Shown here piece after piece: positions 16,445 through 26,447 of a stretch of 64,000 nucleotides of DNA (position 1 is the first letter of the stretch; each line of letters opens with the position of its first letter). The notes under the pieces are model-generated. The model saw only the letters and a program-made list of their open reading frames with translations, had not been told where the DNA came from and did no database searches. The stretch spans positions 27,672 to 91,671 of the forward strand of contig JAFRJG010000018.1 in the NCBI GenBank assembly GCA_017432365.1, given 5' to 3'. A program made the position numbers and the translations under genes. The DNA comes from Candidatus Saccharimonadota bacterium. Its GTDB lineage: Bacteria > Patescibacteriota > Saccharimonadia > Saccharimonadales > Saccharimonadaceae.

Positions 16445-17188
16445 TCAAGGCTTTTTCTGGTTTTTATCGTGAGGGTGGGCGGAGCGATAAGCGCGGATGC
16501 CAGCCTTGGCGGCGACGGTTTGGGCTTCTTGTTTAGAGTGACCGGTACCAGTTCCCTTGACGACGGGACCGATATAAACGTTGACAGTGAAGGTTTTATT
16601 ATGGTCGGGACCTTCTTCTTTAATAGTCCGATAAACTGGGGTTTCGTTATCGTATTTTTGAGCGAGTTCCTGGAAATAGGACTTTGGGTCGCGCCAGGTA
16701 CCTTCTTCGATAATGGAGTCGATTTTACTGAGGATGTGCTTTTCGATAAAAGCCTTTGCCTCGGCGTAGCCTTGGTCGAGATAGATAGCGCCAATAACGG
16801 CTTCAAAACAATCGGCGAAGATGGTGTCGTGGGCACGGCGAGAGTCGCGTTTTTCGCCGCGGGAGAGGCGGACGAGCGGGGTGTAGCCGAGTTCTCGCCC
16901 GGCGGCGCCGATGGACTCTGTGCGGACGAGGGCGGCGCGCCAAGCGGTCATGATTCCCTCAGGTTCGTCGTAATTGCGGAAGAGAAAGTCGCTCGTGACG
17001 AGTTCGAGAACGGCGTCGCCGAGAAATTCGAGACGTTCGTTATGTTCATGAGCGGATTTCTTGTGCTCGTTGACGTAGCTACGATGAGTCAGAGCGGTAA
17101 TTAAAAGGTTGATGTCGCTAAACTCGAAACCGAGTTTTTCTTTGGCAAATTCACGGTAGGGTCTTGGGTCCAATTTAGTATTCTCCAC
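16445..17188 (-). CDS. rnc: Ribonuclease III
   Basis: Contains the ERLEFLGDAVLELV signature and a C-terminal dsRBD (KSYFQELAQK, GTGHSKQEAQTVAAKAG). The stop codon is TGA. Confidence 0.93.
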   Translation of the reverse strand: MENTKLDPRPYREFAKEKLGFEFSDINLLITALTHRSYVNEHKKSAHEHNERLEFLGDAVLELVTSDFLFRNYDEPEGIMTAWRAALVRTESIGAAGRELGYTPLVRLSRGEKRDSRRAHDTIFADCFEAVIGAIYLDQGYAEAKAFIEKHILSKIDSIIEEGTWRDPKSYFQELAQKYDNETPVYRTIKEEGPDHNKTFTVNVYIGPVVKGTGTGHSKQEAQTVAAKAGIRAYRSAHPHDKNQKKP

Positions 17189-17774
17189 TTCTTATTTTTT
17201 TCTTAGCGATTAACATGAGCTTCTCGATGTCTTCGTATTCGATAGCGTCGAGGGCGTCGGCGAACGAGAACCATTTAATTCCGTTCATCCATTTTTCCTT
17301 AGTTGGGGTTTCTCGGGGGTCAAGGGAATGGACGAGGTAAATCTGAGTCGTCATGAGGACGAGTTTGTCGAGGCGACGGTATTTAAAATGGATTTTTCCG
17401 AGCCAACAGAGGACGTTAATATGGAAAAGCCCAGCTTCCTCACCAATTTCGCGAACAGCGGTCTGTTTCGCGGTTTCGCCAGGTTCGATATGACCCTTAG
17501 GAATCGTCCAGCGGTTTTTCGAATCTTGAATCAGGAGGATTTCGAGGTCCTTTTTATCTTTTGAGAGGCGAAAAACGATACCACCAGCGGTCGGTTCGCG
17601 GACGATTTCTTGAATCACCGGCTTTTTACGAAAGACGGTTTCGCGAAACTTAGCAATCGGGGAGGGTTTATATTGTTTCGGAAGGGCTTCCGGAACTTTC
17701 AGATTCGTTCCCTGACGCGTCGACGGAGCTTTCGGCTTCCGGGACGGAGGATTCGGAGATTGGTTCTGTGTCAT
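17175..17774 (-). CDS. Nudix hydrolase. The start is uncertain: ATG 17774 overlaps nusB by 107 nt, and GTG 17618 would give a 147-aa protein.
   Basis: Nudix box [23 protein letters not shown]. Confidence 0.8.
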   Translation of the reverse strand: MTQNQSPNPPSRKPKAPSTRQGTNLKVPEALPKQYKPSPIAKFRETVFRKKPVIQEIVREPTAGGIVFRLSKDKKDLEILLIQDSKNRWTIPKGHIEPGETAKQTAVREIGEEAGLFHINVLCWLGKIHFKYRRLDKLVLMTTQIYLVHSLDPRETPTKEKWMNGIKWFSFADALDAIEYEDIEKLMLIAKKKIRSGEY

Positions 17775-18225
17775 GATTTACGTGTTCGGAGTCGGCGAAA
17801 CCAAGATTACGAAACGCAGTTCCGAGGACACCGTTGATGAATTTTGAGGAGTTTTCCGAGCCGAAAGCCTTGGCGAGTTCAACCGCCTCGTTAATGGCGA
17901 CTTTCGGGGGGACGGATTCCTCAGAGTATTTTAATTCGTAAAGCCCCATGCGGAGGACGTTGCGGTCAATTGAGGCAATCGAGGCGATTGGCCATTCCGG
18001 AGCGAGCGGGGCTAACGCCTCGTCAAGCTCGGGAATATGTTCGACGACGCTACGGGTCAAGCGATAAACAAATTCGGTATCGCCCAGCGCTTTTTCGTAT
18101 GGGATGATGTTTTTTGCGACGATTTTATCGATTTCGGCGTCGGGGTCGCCCGCCTTACTCCGGAACTCGTATTCGTATAAGCTCTGGAGCGATATAATTC
18201 TACCTAAATGCCGATTCGAAGCCAT
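17668..18225 (-). CDS. nusB: Transcription antitermination factor NusB with about a 40-aa acidic, Ser-rich C-terminal tail
   Basis: Contains [44 protein letters not shown] and KFINGVLG. Confidence 0.9.
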   Translation of the reverse strand: MASNRHLGRIISLQSLYEYEFRSKAGDPDAEIDKIVAKNIIPYEKALGDTEFVYRLTRSVVEHIPELDEALAPLAPEWPIASIASIDRNVLRMGLYELKYSEESVPPKVAINEAVELAKAFGSENSSKFINGVLGTAFRNLGFADSEHVNHDTEPISESSVPEAESSVDASGNESESSGSPSETI

Positions 18226-18431
18226 TATTTACTCTTTTTTGTGGTTTTAGAATTTTTAGCCGGTTTAACGGACTTTTTAGCGGTTTTTACCTTCAGGTTA
18301 GGGGTCTTTTTCTTGGTTTCAAAAGCCTTAACGGGGGAAATCTTGTTCACGGCGCGAGCCAGCTCGAGACGGAGATGGCTTCGGCGAAGACCGGTCTTCC
18401 GGGGGCTCGACTGTTTTTTAGGTTCAGGCAT
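18225..18431 (-). CDS. rpmF: Probable 50S ribosomal protein L32 (non-zinc type, with a Lys-rich tail)
   Basis: N-terminus [19 protein letters not shown] resembles the L32 pattern PKKKTSK..RRSH.AL. The rest of the protein is low complexity. Confidence 0.55.
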   Translation of the reverse strand: MPEPKKQSSPRKTGLRRSHLRLELARAVNKISPVKAFETKKKTPNLKVKTAKKSVKPAKNSKTTKKSK

Positions 18432-18483
18432 AATGCTCCTTTAATATAGATACGTTAAAATTATCATATCATATTTCTAATTG

Positions 18484-18492
18484 TGATACAAT
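18484..18492 (+). promoter_or_regulatory. Extended -10 TGATACAAT upstream of tsaC
   Basis: Followed by GAGGGAG SD and the ATG at 18503. Confidence 0.5.
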
Positions 18493-18502
18493 AGAGGGAG
18501 CT

Positions 18503-19090
18503 ATGATAGAAGTTAAAGCGAGCGAAACGTCACAGATTATCAAGGGGCTTTCGGGAGGGCAGGTCGTGGCGCTTCCAACAGAGACGGTATATGGGTTGGC
18601 GGCGGGGCTTAATTCCGCGACGGCGCTCGAAAAACTGATTTATCTCAAGCGACGCGACTTAAAGAGTGGGAAGGTTTTTACATTAGTTCCGGAGAGTCGC
18701 GAGGTGATTATGAAGTATGCGGTTGTGACGAAGATGGCGCGGGAGTATGTGAAAAAATATATTCCGGGGGAGATAACGCTGATTTTGCCGAAAAATCCGG
18801 AGTTTTCGCATCCGTACTTTGACCATTTTGATACGGTTGGGATTCGGATTCCGAAAACGCCGCTGTTTTCAACGATTTTACCAGAGGTCGGTGCGCTGTT
18901 TTTAACTTCGGCGAACCCGCGAGGAGACGAGCCGGCGGTGAAATCGGAGACCGTGAAAGAGACGTTGCCGAAAGTCGATATCTTAGTCGAGGGGGCGACG
19001 CCGAAGGGGGAGCTACCGACAACGGTACTAGATTTGACCGGGAAAAAGCCGGTCATTGTGCGTCAGGGGAAGCTAGAAATAAAGTTATAA
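18503..19090 (+). CDS. tsaC: L-threonylcarbamoyladenylate synthase (YrdC/TsaC family)
   Basis: Contains VVALPTETVYGLAA, IRIPKTP and SANPRG. Confidence 0.85.
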   Translation: MIEVKASETSQIIKGLSGGQVVALPTETVYGLAAGLNSATALEKLIYLKRRDLKSGKVFTLVPESREVIMKYAVVTKMAREYVKKYIPGEITLILPKNPEFSHPYFDHFDTVGIRIPKTPLFSTILPEVGALFLTSANPRGDEPAVKSETVKETLPKVDILVEGATPKGELPTTVLDLTGKKPVIVRQGKLEIKL

Positions 19091-19092
19091 TA

Positions 19093-19101
19093 TGGTATAA
19101 T
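19093..19101 (+). promoter_or_regulatory. Extended -10 TGGTATAAT, 8 nt before the leuS ATG (near-leaderless)
   Basis: TATAAT at 19096-19101, ATG at 19110, and no SD in between. Confidence 0.6.
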
Positions 19102-19109
19102 TTTCAGAT

Positions 19110-21383
19110 ATGACAAAGCGGTATAATCCTTTAGAAATTGAGAAAAAATGGCAAGAGACTTGGGAAAAGACGGGGGAGTTCCGAGCGGAAGACGGAGATG
19201 ATGGGCGCGAGAAACTATTTTTAGCGGAGATGTTTCCCTATCCGTCAGGGGCGGGATTACACGTGGGGCATGTAAGGAACTTTTCGATTGTAGATGCGTT
19301 AGCGCGATATTATCGCCAGAGAGGATTTAATGTTTTGCGTCCGTTTGGGTATGATACGTTTGGACTGCCGGCGGAAAATTATGCGATAAAAACCGGAGTG
19401 TCGCCGAAGGTCGCAACAGAGAAGAATATTGAGAACTTCCGGAAGCAGTTGAAGCGGCTCGGGTTTGCGATTGATTGGAGTCGGGAGATAAATACGAGCG
19501 ACCCCGAGTATTATCGCTGGACACAATGGTGCTTTTTGCAGTTGTTTAAGAAGGGGTTAGCGGAGCGAAAAGAGAGCTATCAATGGTGGTGCCCGAAAGA
19601 TAAGACGGTTTTAGCGAATGAGCAAGTTGAGAATGGGAAGTGTTGGAGATGCGGCGAGGCGGTCGAAAAGAAGAAAATGAAACAGTGGTTTTTCAAGATT
19701 ACGGAATACGCGGACGAGTTACTTGAGGAGATCGACGGGCTGGACTGGCCTGAGAAGATAAAAACCGCGCAACGGAATTGGATTGGGCGGAGCGAAGGGG
19801 CGCTGATTAAATTCAAAGTTCAAACGAAGGGGGCGATTGAGGTCTTTACGACGCGACCAGATACGATTTTCGGGGCGACGTTCTTGGTATTGGCGCCGGA
19901 GCATAAGATGGTAAAGAAGCTTGTAAATGAGAATACGCGGGAGGAAGTCGAGGCGTATGTAAAGGCGGCGCTCCGGAAGAGCGAGATTGAACGACAAGAG
20001 AATAAAGAGAAAACCGGAGTGTTTACGGGGAGCTACGCGACGAATCCGCTGACGGGGGAGAAAATCCCGGTTTGGGTGGCGGATTATGTACTCGGAGGGT
20101 ATGGAACGGGGGCGATTATGGCGGTGCCGGACGGAGATGAACGCGACCGTGAGTTTGCGGAGAAGTTCGGTTTGCCTGTTGTAAAATTGACAAAGTTCCC
20201 TTCTGAGGCGGAATTGGAGAAATTGGGCGAGAAGAAAGTGATGTATAAAATGCGGGATTGGTTGATTTCTCGACAGAGGTATTGGGGGTGTCCGATTCCG
20301 ATTGCGTATGATAAAAATGGGGAGCCGCATGCGATTCCGGAAGACCAGTTGCCGGTTTTATTGCCGGATGTAGAAGACTTTAAGCCAGATGAGAGCGGGC
20401 GGTCAGCGCTCGCGAAGGCGAAGGATTGGCTCAAGGTCGAGATTGATGGGGAGGAGATGACACGGGAGACAGATACGCTCGATGGATATGCTTGTTCGAG
20501 CTGGTATCTCTGGCGGTATGTGTCGCCGAGAGATAAAGAGGCAGCGTGGGACTCGGAATTGATTGAGAAATGGGCGCCGACGGACGTATATTGTGGGGGC
20601 GACCATGCGGTAGCGCATTTGTTGTATATTCGATTTTGGGCGAAGTTTTTCGCTGACCAGGGGAAGTTGCCGTTTCGGGAGCCAATAAAGAGGCTGTTGT
20701 ATAACGGGTATATCAATGCGCCGGATGGGAAGAAGATGTCGAAGTCAAAGGGGAATGTGATTGACCCGCTTGATGTGATTGATTCGGGGTATGGGGCGGA
20801 TACGCTGAGGACGTATGAGTTGTTTATCGGACCGTACAACGAAGATGCGGCGTGGTCAACGAAGGCGATTGGGGGAGTTTATCGGTTTTTGAGTAGGTGT
20901 TATAACCTCGTGGAGGCTCGTTCCTCCTCGTCTGCGAATAACGAAGTTGTCCGACACAAGACGATAAAGAAGGTGACGGAGGATATTGAACGGGCGAGCT
21001 TTAACACGGCGGTCGCGGCGTTGATGGAGTTTGTGAATGAGTTGTATAAAACAGGGGCGAGCGAGGAGGACTTGACGGTTCTCGGGAAGCTGTTGAAGCC
21101 GTTTGCGCCACATCTCGCGTCGGAGATTTTGTCCGCGCTCGAAAAAGACGATACTTGGCCGAAGTTTGATGAGGGGAAGCTTGTTTCTGATACGGTCGAG
21201 GTTATTGTCCAAGTTAACGGAAAACTAAGAGCGAAGCTTAACGTGGGGGCGGAAATGTTGGAAAAAGAGGAGGAGTTGGTTCGGCTTGCGCTCGAAAATG
21301 AGAACGTGCGGAAATTTGTACCGGGGGAGCCAAAGAAGACGATTTTTGTTGCGAAAGCGCGGTTGGTGAATCTTGTAGTATAA
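19110..21383 (+). CDS. leuS: Leucyl-tRNA synthetase
   Basis: 757 aa. Contains HVGH (HIGH motif), KMSKSKGN, the editing-domain TTRPDT motif and AIMAVPDGDERD. Confidence 0.97.
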   Translation: MTKRYNPLEIEKKWQETWEKTGEFRAEDGDDGREKLFLAEMFPYPSGAGLHVGHVRNFSIVDALARYYRQRGFNVLRPFGYDTFGLPAENYAIKTGVSPKVATEKNIENFRKQLKRLGFAIDWSREINTSDPEYYRWTQWCFLQLFKKGLAERKESYQWWCPKDKTVLANEQVENGKCWRCGEAVEKKKMKQWFFKITEYADELLEEIDGLDWPEKIKTAQRNWIGRSEGALIKFKVQTKGAIEVFTTRPDTIFGATFLVLAPEHKMVKKLVNENTREEVEAYVKAALRKSEIERQENKEKTGVFTGSYATNPLTGEKIPVWVADYVLGGYGTGAIMAVPDGDERDREFAEKFGLPVVKLTKFPSEAELEKLGEKKVMYKMRDWLISRQRYWGCPIPIAYDKNGEPHAIPEDQLPVLLPDVEDFKPDESGRSALAKAKDWLKVEIDGEEMTRETDTLDGYACSSWYLWRYVSPRDKEAAWDSELIEKWAPTDVYCGGDHAVAHLLYIRFWAKFFADQGKLPFREPIKRLLYNGYINAPDGKKMSKSKGNVIDPLDVIDSGYGADTLRTYELFIGPYNEDAAWSTKAIGGVYRFLSRCYNLVEARSSSSANNEVVRHKTIKKVTEDIERASFNTAVAALMEFVNELYKTGASEEDLTVLGKLLKPFAPHLASEILSALEKDDTWPKFDEGKLVSDTVEVIVQVNGKLRAKLNVGAEMLEKEEELVRLALENENVRKFVPGEPKKTIFVAKARLVNLVV

Positions 21384-21384
21384 T
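21379..21384 (+). promoter_or_regulatory. TATAAT box 6 nt before the dnaE ATG (leaderless candidate), overlapping the leuS stop codon
   Basis: Sequence reads gtagTATAATagattcATG. Confidence 0.45.
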
Positions 21385-21390
21385 AGATTC

Positions 21391-24300
21391 ATGAGTGAAA
21401 AAGTGGAGGAGAGAACGCTCCAGCCGAGTGATTTTGTGCATTTACACAATCACACCCATTATTCCCTGCTCGATGGATTGACGAAGATTCCCGAGCTGAT
21501 TGATTTTGTGAAAGAGAAGGGCATGGAAGCGGTCGCGGTAACGGACCACGGGACGATGTCGGGGTTGGTCGAGCTTTATAAGACGGCGAAAGAGGCAGGA
21601 ATTAAGCCGATTTTGGGGCTTGAGGCGTACGTCGCGGCGCGGAATCTCGAAGATAGAGATCCGGCGCATGACAAACAGCGGTTCCATATTACCTTACTTG
21701 CGATGAATAACAAGGGGTTTGAGAACCTCTGTCGGTTGATGTCGAACGCGGAGATTAACGGGAAATACTATAAGCCGCGGACTGACCATAAAGACATGGA
21801 GAAATACAACGAGGGGATTATTTGTCTATCGGGGTGTGCGGGGTCGGAGATTTCTGAGGCGATTCGGGCGGACGACGAGGAGAAGGCGCTAGAGCTGATT
21901 GAGTGGTATCGGAAGGTGTTTAAGGACCGGTTTTATCTCGAGATGCAGGACCATGGGCATCCGGATTCGCCGACACATTGGGCGGAGCAGACGAAGATAA
22001 ATAATTGGCACATGGAGCATGCGGAGAAGCTCGGGTTGCCGCTAGTGGTGACTTGTGATGCGCATTATCTGAAGCATGAAGACCAGGACGCGCACGAGGT
22101 GCTCCTCTGTATTGGGACGGGGTCGAATTTGTCCGATACGAATCGGATGTCGCTCAAGGAGTTCCAGCTCCACGTGATTCCGCCGGAGGAGATTATTTCG
22201 AGATGGGAAAAGACTTGTCCAGAGGCGATATTGAACTCGAAGCGGATTGCGGAGAGATGTAATGTGGAGCTTGAACTGGGGCGGATTCTGATTCCGAAGT
22301 TCCCGGTTCCGGAAGGAGAGACAGACAAAACATATCTTGATAAGTTGGTGTTTCGAGGGCTAGTGTTCCGCTATGGCGGAAAAACCGAGGAAGAAGCGGA
22401 GAAATTGAGTGTCGAGGAGTGTCGGCAGATTCTCGAGGAAGTTGATAAGGGGCGAGACGAGCTATATAAACTGCTTCCGAGAATTGATTATGAGCTGTCG
22501 GTTGTGGACAAGATGGGGTATAACGGGTACTTTTTGATTGTTTGGGACTTTATTAACTGGGGAAAACGGAAAGGGATTATTTATGGGCCGGGGAGGGGTT
22601 CGGCGGCAGGGGCGCTTCTCGCGTATGCGATGAGAATTACGGAGCTTGACCCGATGAAATATGACCTTTTGTTCGAGCGGTTCTTGAATCCAGACCGGAT
22701 TTCTATGCCGGATATCGACACGGATATCCAAGATACGCGACGAGATGAAGTGATTCAGTATTGTACGGAGAAATATGGGTTCGGACGGGTTTCGAACATT
22801 GCGACGTTCGGGAAAATGATGGCGAAAAACGCGGTTCGGGACGTGGCGCGAGTGCTCGAAGTTCCCTATGCAGAGGCGGACAGGTTGGCGAAGTTGGTGC
22901 CGGACCCGGTCATGGGGCATCATGTACATTTGCCGGACGCGATTAAGGAAGTGCCGGACCTGAAACAGGAGTACGAAACCAATCCGACGTCAAAAGAGGT
23001 GTTGGACTTTGCGAGTCGGCTCGAGGGGACGATTCGGGGGCACGGGGTACATGCGTGCGGGGTCGTGATTGCGCCAGATGACTTGGTGAAGTTTGTGCCG
23101 CTCGAAGTGTCGGCGAAAGGTCCGATTGCAGCGCAGTTCCCGATGGGGACGATTGAGGAACTGGGTTTGCTCAAGATGGACTTCTTGGGGCTGTCGAACT
23201 TGTCGGTGATTAATAATGCACTAAGAATGGTACGGAAGGTGTATGGAGAGGACGTGGACATGTACAACGTCCCGCTTGACGATAAGTTGACGTATGAATT
23301 GTTACAGAGAGCGGAGACGACGGGGGTGTTCCAGCTGGAGTCGGCGGGGATGAAACGATATCTGAAGGATTTGAAGGCGGACCATTTCGAAGATATTATC
23401 GCTATGGTGGCGCTGTATCGACCGGGACCGATGCAGTTTATTGAGTCGTTTATTCGGCGGAAGCACGGCGAGGAGGAGATAACCTATTTACATCCGGGAC
23501 TTGAGAATTCGTTGAAAAATACGTATGGGATTATGATTTATCAAGAGCAGTTCATGCAGATTTCTCGAGAGTGGTGTGGGTTTACCGGGGGACAGGCAGA
23601 TACGCTCCGGAAGGCGGTCGGAAAGAAGAAAGTTGATTTGATGAACAAGGTGAAACCGCAGTTTATCGAGGGGGCGGTTAAAGTCGGCGGGGCGACGGAG
23701 GAGATTGCGGAGGAGTTTTGGCGACAGCTACTCGATTTTGCGAACTATTGTTTTAATAAGAGCCACGCCGCGTGCTATGGGTTGGTGTCGTATTGGACGG
23801 CGTATCTCAAGGCACACTATCCGGACGCGTATATGGCGGCGTTGATGACGGCGGATATGAGATGGACAGATAGGCTCGCGATTGAGATTGCGGAGTGTAA
23901 GAGGATGGGGCTGAAGGTCCTGGGACCGGACATTAATCAGTCGTATGGGGATTTCGGGATTGTAAAGGGAGAAAAGACGATTCGGTTCGGATTGTCGGGG
24001 ATTAAGGGAGTCGGGAAGGCGCTGGTGGAGGAAAAAGTGATTCCGGAGCGGGACGCAAATGGTCCGTTCAAGAGCGTGTGCGATTTTGCGAAGCGGGTCG
24101 ATTCGACGAAGTTTAACAAGAAAGCTTGGGAATCGACGATTAAAACTGGGGGGTTCGACCGGTTCGGAACGCGGAGCGATTTGTTGTTTAATTTGGAGAG
24201 TATTCAGGCATATGGGGCGAAGATGCAGAAGGACGCGGCGAGCGGACAGACGGACTTGTTTGGGGCGCTCGGAGTAGCAGCGGCGATTCCGGAAGTTGAG

Positions 24301-25146
24301 ATAAAGCCGGCGCCGACGCAATATAGCGAGAAGGAGCAGCTGCTTTGGGAACGGGATTTGATGGGATTGTATATTTCTGCACACCCGTTAGATAAATATG
24401 ACACGTTTTTTGAGGAACAGACGCATCCATATTCGGTAGTGACGGAGGAGAACGACGGGAAGTTGGTGGTGGTTGGGGGGATTATCACGAGCGTCAGGAC
24501 GATTTTGACGAAGAGCCAGACGAAAATGGCGTTTGTGAAGATTGAAGATAAGAACGGGGAGCAGGAAGTGATTGTGTTCCCGAATGTATATGAGGAATAT
24601 GGCGGGAAGTTGGTGCAGGATAATGTAGTAAAAATCACGGGGAGGGTGAACGCGCGGGACAAGGCGGGGAATCCGATGTCAGATGCGAAAGTGTTAATGG
24701 ATTCGTGTGAGGTGATTTCTGACGAGGTGTTAGCGGGGTATCAGCCGACGGGGACGAGACTAGCGCCGCCGAAAGACGTAGCGCCGAGATATGCGCGCAA
24801 GTCGAGGACGAGTGCGGAAGGGGTTAGTGGCGGATATAATACGGGGGGCGGGGCGAGCGCGGAGAGTAGAGGGGAGTTTGAACGAGTTAGGGCGCCAGTT
24901 GCGCCGCCGAAAGATACGCGGAAAGAGCGAGTGTATGTTTTGGTAAAGAAGCCGGACGATGTTGAGGTACTTTCGGCGATTAAGCGGGTTTGTGACCGGA
25001 ACTTGGGAATGCAGGAGATTGTATTAGTTCTCGACGAGGGGAGCGAGAAAAAGGCACTCAAGATGCCGTTTCGGGTCGAGGGGAATGCGGAGTTTTTGAA
25101 AGATATGAAGGCGGTCGTAGGGGAGGATTGTGTGAAAGTGAAATAA
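21391..25146 (+). CDS. dnaE: DNA polymerase III alpha subunit
   Basis: 1251 aa. Has the PHP motif FVHLHNHTHYSLLDG, MPDIDTDI and FNKSHAACY. Confidence 0.97.
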   Translation: MSEKVEERTLQPSDFVHLHNHTHYSLLDGLTKIPELIDFVKEKGMEAVAVTDHGTMSGLVELYKTAKEAGIKPILGLEAYVAARNLEDRDPAHDKQRFHITLLAMNNKGFENLCRLMSNAEINGKYYKPRTDHKDMEKYNEGIICLSGCAGSEISEAIRADDEEKALELIEWYRKVFKDRFYLEMQDHGHPDSPTHWAEQTKINNWHMEHAEKLGLPLVVTCDAHYLKHEDQDAHEVLLCIGTGSNLSDTNRMSLKEFQLHVIPPEEIISRWEKTCPEAILNSKRIAERCNVELELGRILIPKFPVPEGETDKTYLDKLVFRGLVFRYGGKTEEEAEKLSVEECRQILEEVDKGRDELYKLLPRIDYELSVVDKMGYNGYFLIVWDFINWGKRKGIIYGPGRGSAAGALLAYAMRITELDPMKYDLLFERFLNPDRISMPDIDTDIQDTRRDEVIQYCTEKYGFGRVSNIATFGKMMAKNAVRDVARVLEVPYAEADRLAKLVPDPVMGHHVHLPDAIKEVPDLKQEYETNPTSKEVLDFASRLEGTIRGHGVHACGVVIAPDDLVKFVPLEVSAKGPIAAQFPMGTIEELGLLKMDFLGLSNLSVINNALRMVRKVYGEDVDMYNVPLDDKLTYELLQRAETTGVFQLESAGMKRYLKDLKADHFEDIIAMVALYRPGPMQFIESFIRRKHGEEEITYLHPGLENSLKNTYGIMIYQEQFMQISREWCGFTGGQADTLRKAVGKKKVDLMNKVKPQFIEGAVKVGGATEEIAEEFWRQLLDFANYCFNKSHAACYGLVSYWTAYLKAHYPDAYMAALMTADMRWTDRLAIEIAECKRMGLKVLGPDINQSYGDFGIVKGEKTIRFGLSGIKGVGKALVEEKVIPERDANGPFKSVCDFAKRVDSTKFNKKAWESTIKTGGFDRFGTRSDLLFNLESIQAYGAKMQKDAASGQTDLFGALGVAAAIPEVEIKPAPTQYSEKEQLLWERDLMGLYISAHPLDKYDTFFEEQTHPYSVVTEENDGKLVVVGGIITSVRTILTKSQTKMAFVKIEDKNGEQEVIVFPNVYEEYGGKLVQDNVVKITGRVNARDKAGNPMSDAKVLMDSCEVISDEVLAGYQPTGTRLAPPKDVAPRYARKSRTSAEGVSGGYNTGGGASAESRGEFERVRAPVAPPKDTRKERVYVLVKKPDDVEVLSAIKRVCDRNLGMQEIVLVLDEGSEKKALKMPFRVEGNAEFLKDMKAVVGEDCVKVK

Positions 25147-25214
25147 AGATAGAGGTTACGAAGAGAGATTGGTTTGATAGCGGGGCGCTGGTGTTCGAGA
25201 AGATGAAGCGCGGG

Positions 25215-25243
25215 AAATAAAATCTCCCCGCAAGGGCGGGGAG
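25215..25243 (-). terminator. Intrinsic terminator for the L,D-transpeptidase gene: CTCCCCGC-AAGG-GCGGGGAG, with ATTTTATTT following on the minus strand
   Basis: 8-bp GC stem at 25224-25243. It may also stop dnaE transcription from the other side. Confidence 0.75.
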
Positions 25244-25255
25244 CAAAGGAGGTGT

Positions 25256-26347
25256 TTAACGATTAACGTCGGCAAAGTCACGGTCGTCAACGACGACGGG
25301 CGTGCCGACAGTGGCATGCTGTTGAAGCCAGAGTGCTGTGTTGTAATCGACACGGACACAGCCGTTGGTCAGTTTTCCGGTCGGGTAATAATCCCGATTG
25401 ACGACCCAGTCGTACCAGGTTTTCTCGTTGGCATCATAGCCGAACGAATGAATCCCGAACTCGGATTCGTAGGTCGAGCTGTCATCGCCAGGGGTTGCCG
25501 TCACGGTATAAAATACCGGGGCATAATACCACAGTCCGCCATGTTCGAACGCGGTGTCTTGGCATGACCAGATTTCATGATAGCCAAGCGGGGTGATATT
25601 GCCGTATTCGGTACTTGCGCCGACAACGCAGGCAACTTGAAGCGTGCGTTTCCAACCCTGGTCGGTTTTATGATAGACCGTGAGATGAGGGTCGTCACCG
25701 CAATTTACGTAGTAGATGAATTCACAAGGAATTACATAAGCTACGTGCTTCAGGTCGGCAGTGTACCACATGGAGCTAAACGTCCAACGTTCGGTGTTGA
25801 AGTTTAGCATGTCGTAGGTGGCGTCACCGACGACGCCGTCGCAAGCGAGGCCATAGTCGAGCTGGAACTTCTTGACCGACATACCGGTATCTTCGTCGAA
25901 GCGGCCGGTGACAGGGGTGTAATATCCGTATTCGGTCAAACGCTTCTGGAGCGCGTTGACTATGGTTGGGTCGTATTCTGCGCGATCTGGAAAGATATCG
26001 AACGCGGGGTCGGTCCGGTAATCATATTCCTTCGACGGGGTTGTCCCGGCGTTGTTAGCGTTTCCGGTAGCGCCGGAGACGGGCGACGAATCGATAGCCT
26101 CAGCCGCCGGAGCCGGAGCCGGTTTTTGGGTTGACGCGGCGGGCGAACCATAAGCCGGCAACAGGATTTCTTCGCTGTTGGCTTCGGCGTTGGTCGCGAA
26201 AGCGAAGGCGACGAGCAAGGCGCCGATAACGATAACGGCGAAGATAATCAGCCAGCCGCTTCGCAACTGGTTCTTGATGAAGGTTTTGAGGTCAGTGGCA
26301 CCGACCGTGAGATGGATATGGTGACGGCGGCGAAAACATCTGGACAT
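25256..26347 (-). CDS. L,D-transpeptidase (YkuD family) with an N-terminal TM anchor and a PG_binding_1 domain
   Basis: PG-binding segment LQKRLTEYGYYTPVTGRFDEDTGMSVKKFQLDYGLACDGVVG; catalytic segment GIHSF...TNGCVRV. Confidence 0.85.
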   Translation of the reverse strand: MSRCFRRRHHIHLTVGATDLKTFIKNQLRSGWLIIFAVIVIGALLVAFAFATNAEANSEEILLPAYGSPAASTQKPAPAPAAEAIDSSPVSGATGNANNAGTTPSKEYDYRTDPAFDIFPDRAEYDPTIVNALQKRLTEYGYYTPVTGRFDEDTGMSVKKFQLDYGLACDGVVGDATYDMLNFNTERWTFSSMWYTADLKHVAYVIPCEFIYYVNCGDDPHLTVYHKTDQGWKRTLQVACVVGASTEYGNITPLGYHEIWSCQDTAFEHGGLWYYAPVFYTVTATPGDDSSTYESEFGIHSFGYDANEKTWYDWVVNRDYYPTGKLTNGCVRVDYNTALWLQQHATVGTPVVVDDRDFADVNR

Positions 26348-26381
26348 AAACTGCCCTCCTTTCTTGTAAGGAACAACAAAA

Positions 26382-26414
26382 AGTAGCTCTTTTTATTATA
26401 CCATAAGAGCTACT
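26382..26414 (-). terminator. Terminator hairpin (AGTAGCTCTT / AAGAGCTACT, 13-nt loop) after the DUF948-like gene. The loop carries an extended -10 TGGTATAAT (26395-26403) for the L,D-transpeptidase gene.
   Basis: 10-bp stem seen directly, followed on the minus strand by TTTTGTTGTT. AAAGGAGGG SD precedes the ATG at 26347. Confidence 0.65.
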
Positions 26415-26447
26415 AAAAGGCAAGAGGTGTTGGGTCGAGAGAGGGAT

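Noticed and set aside
25256-26347. The L,D-transpeptidase gene first looked horizontally acquired because of its C-ending codon usage.
   Set aside because: Checking galU, rpoC and other minus-strand genes showed the same C-ending bias. This is the window-wide strand skew, not a foreign signature. + strand G/C on line 25321 is 19/13, like its neighbours.
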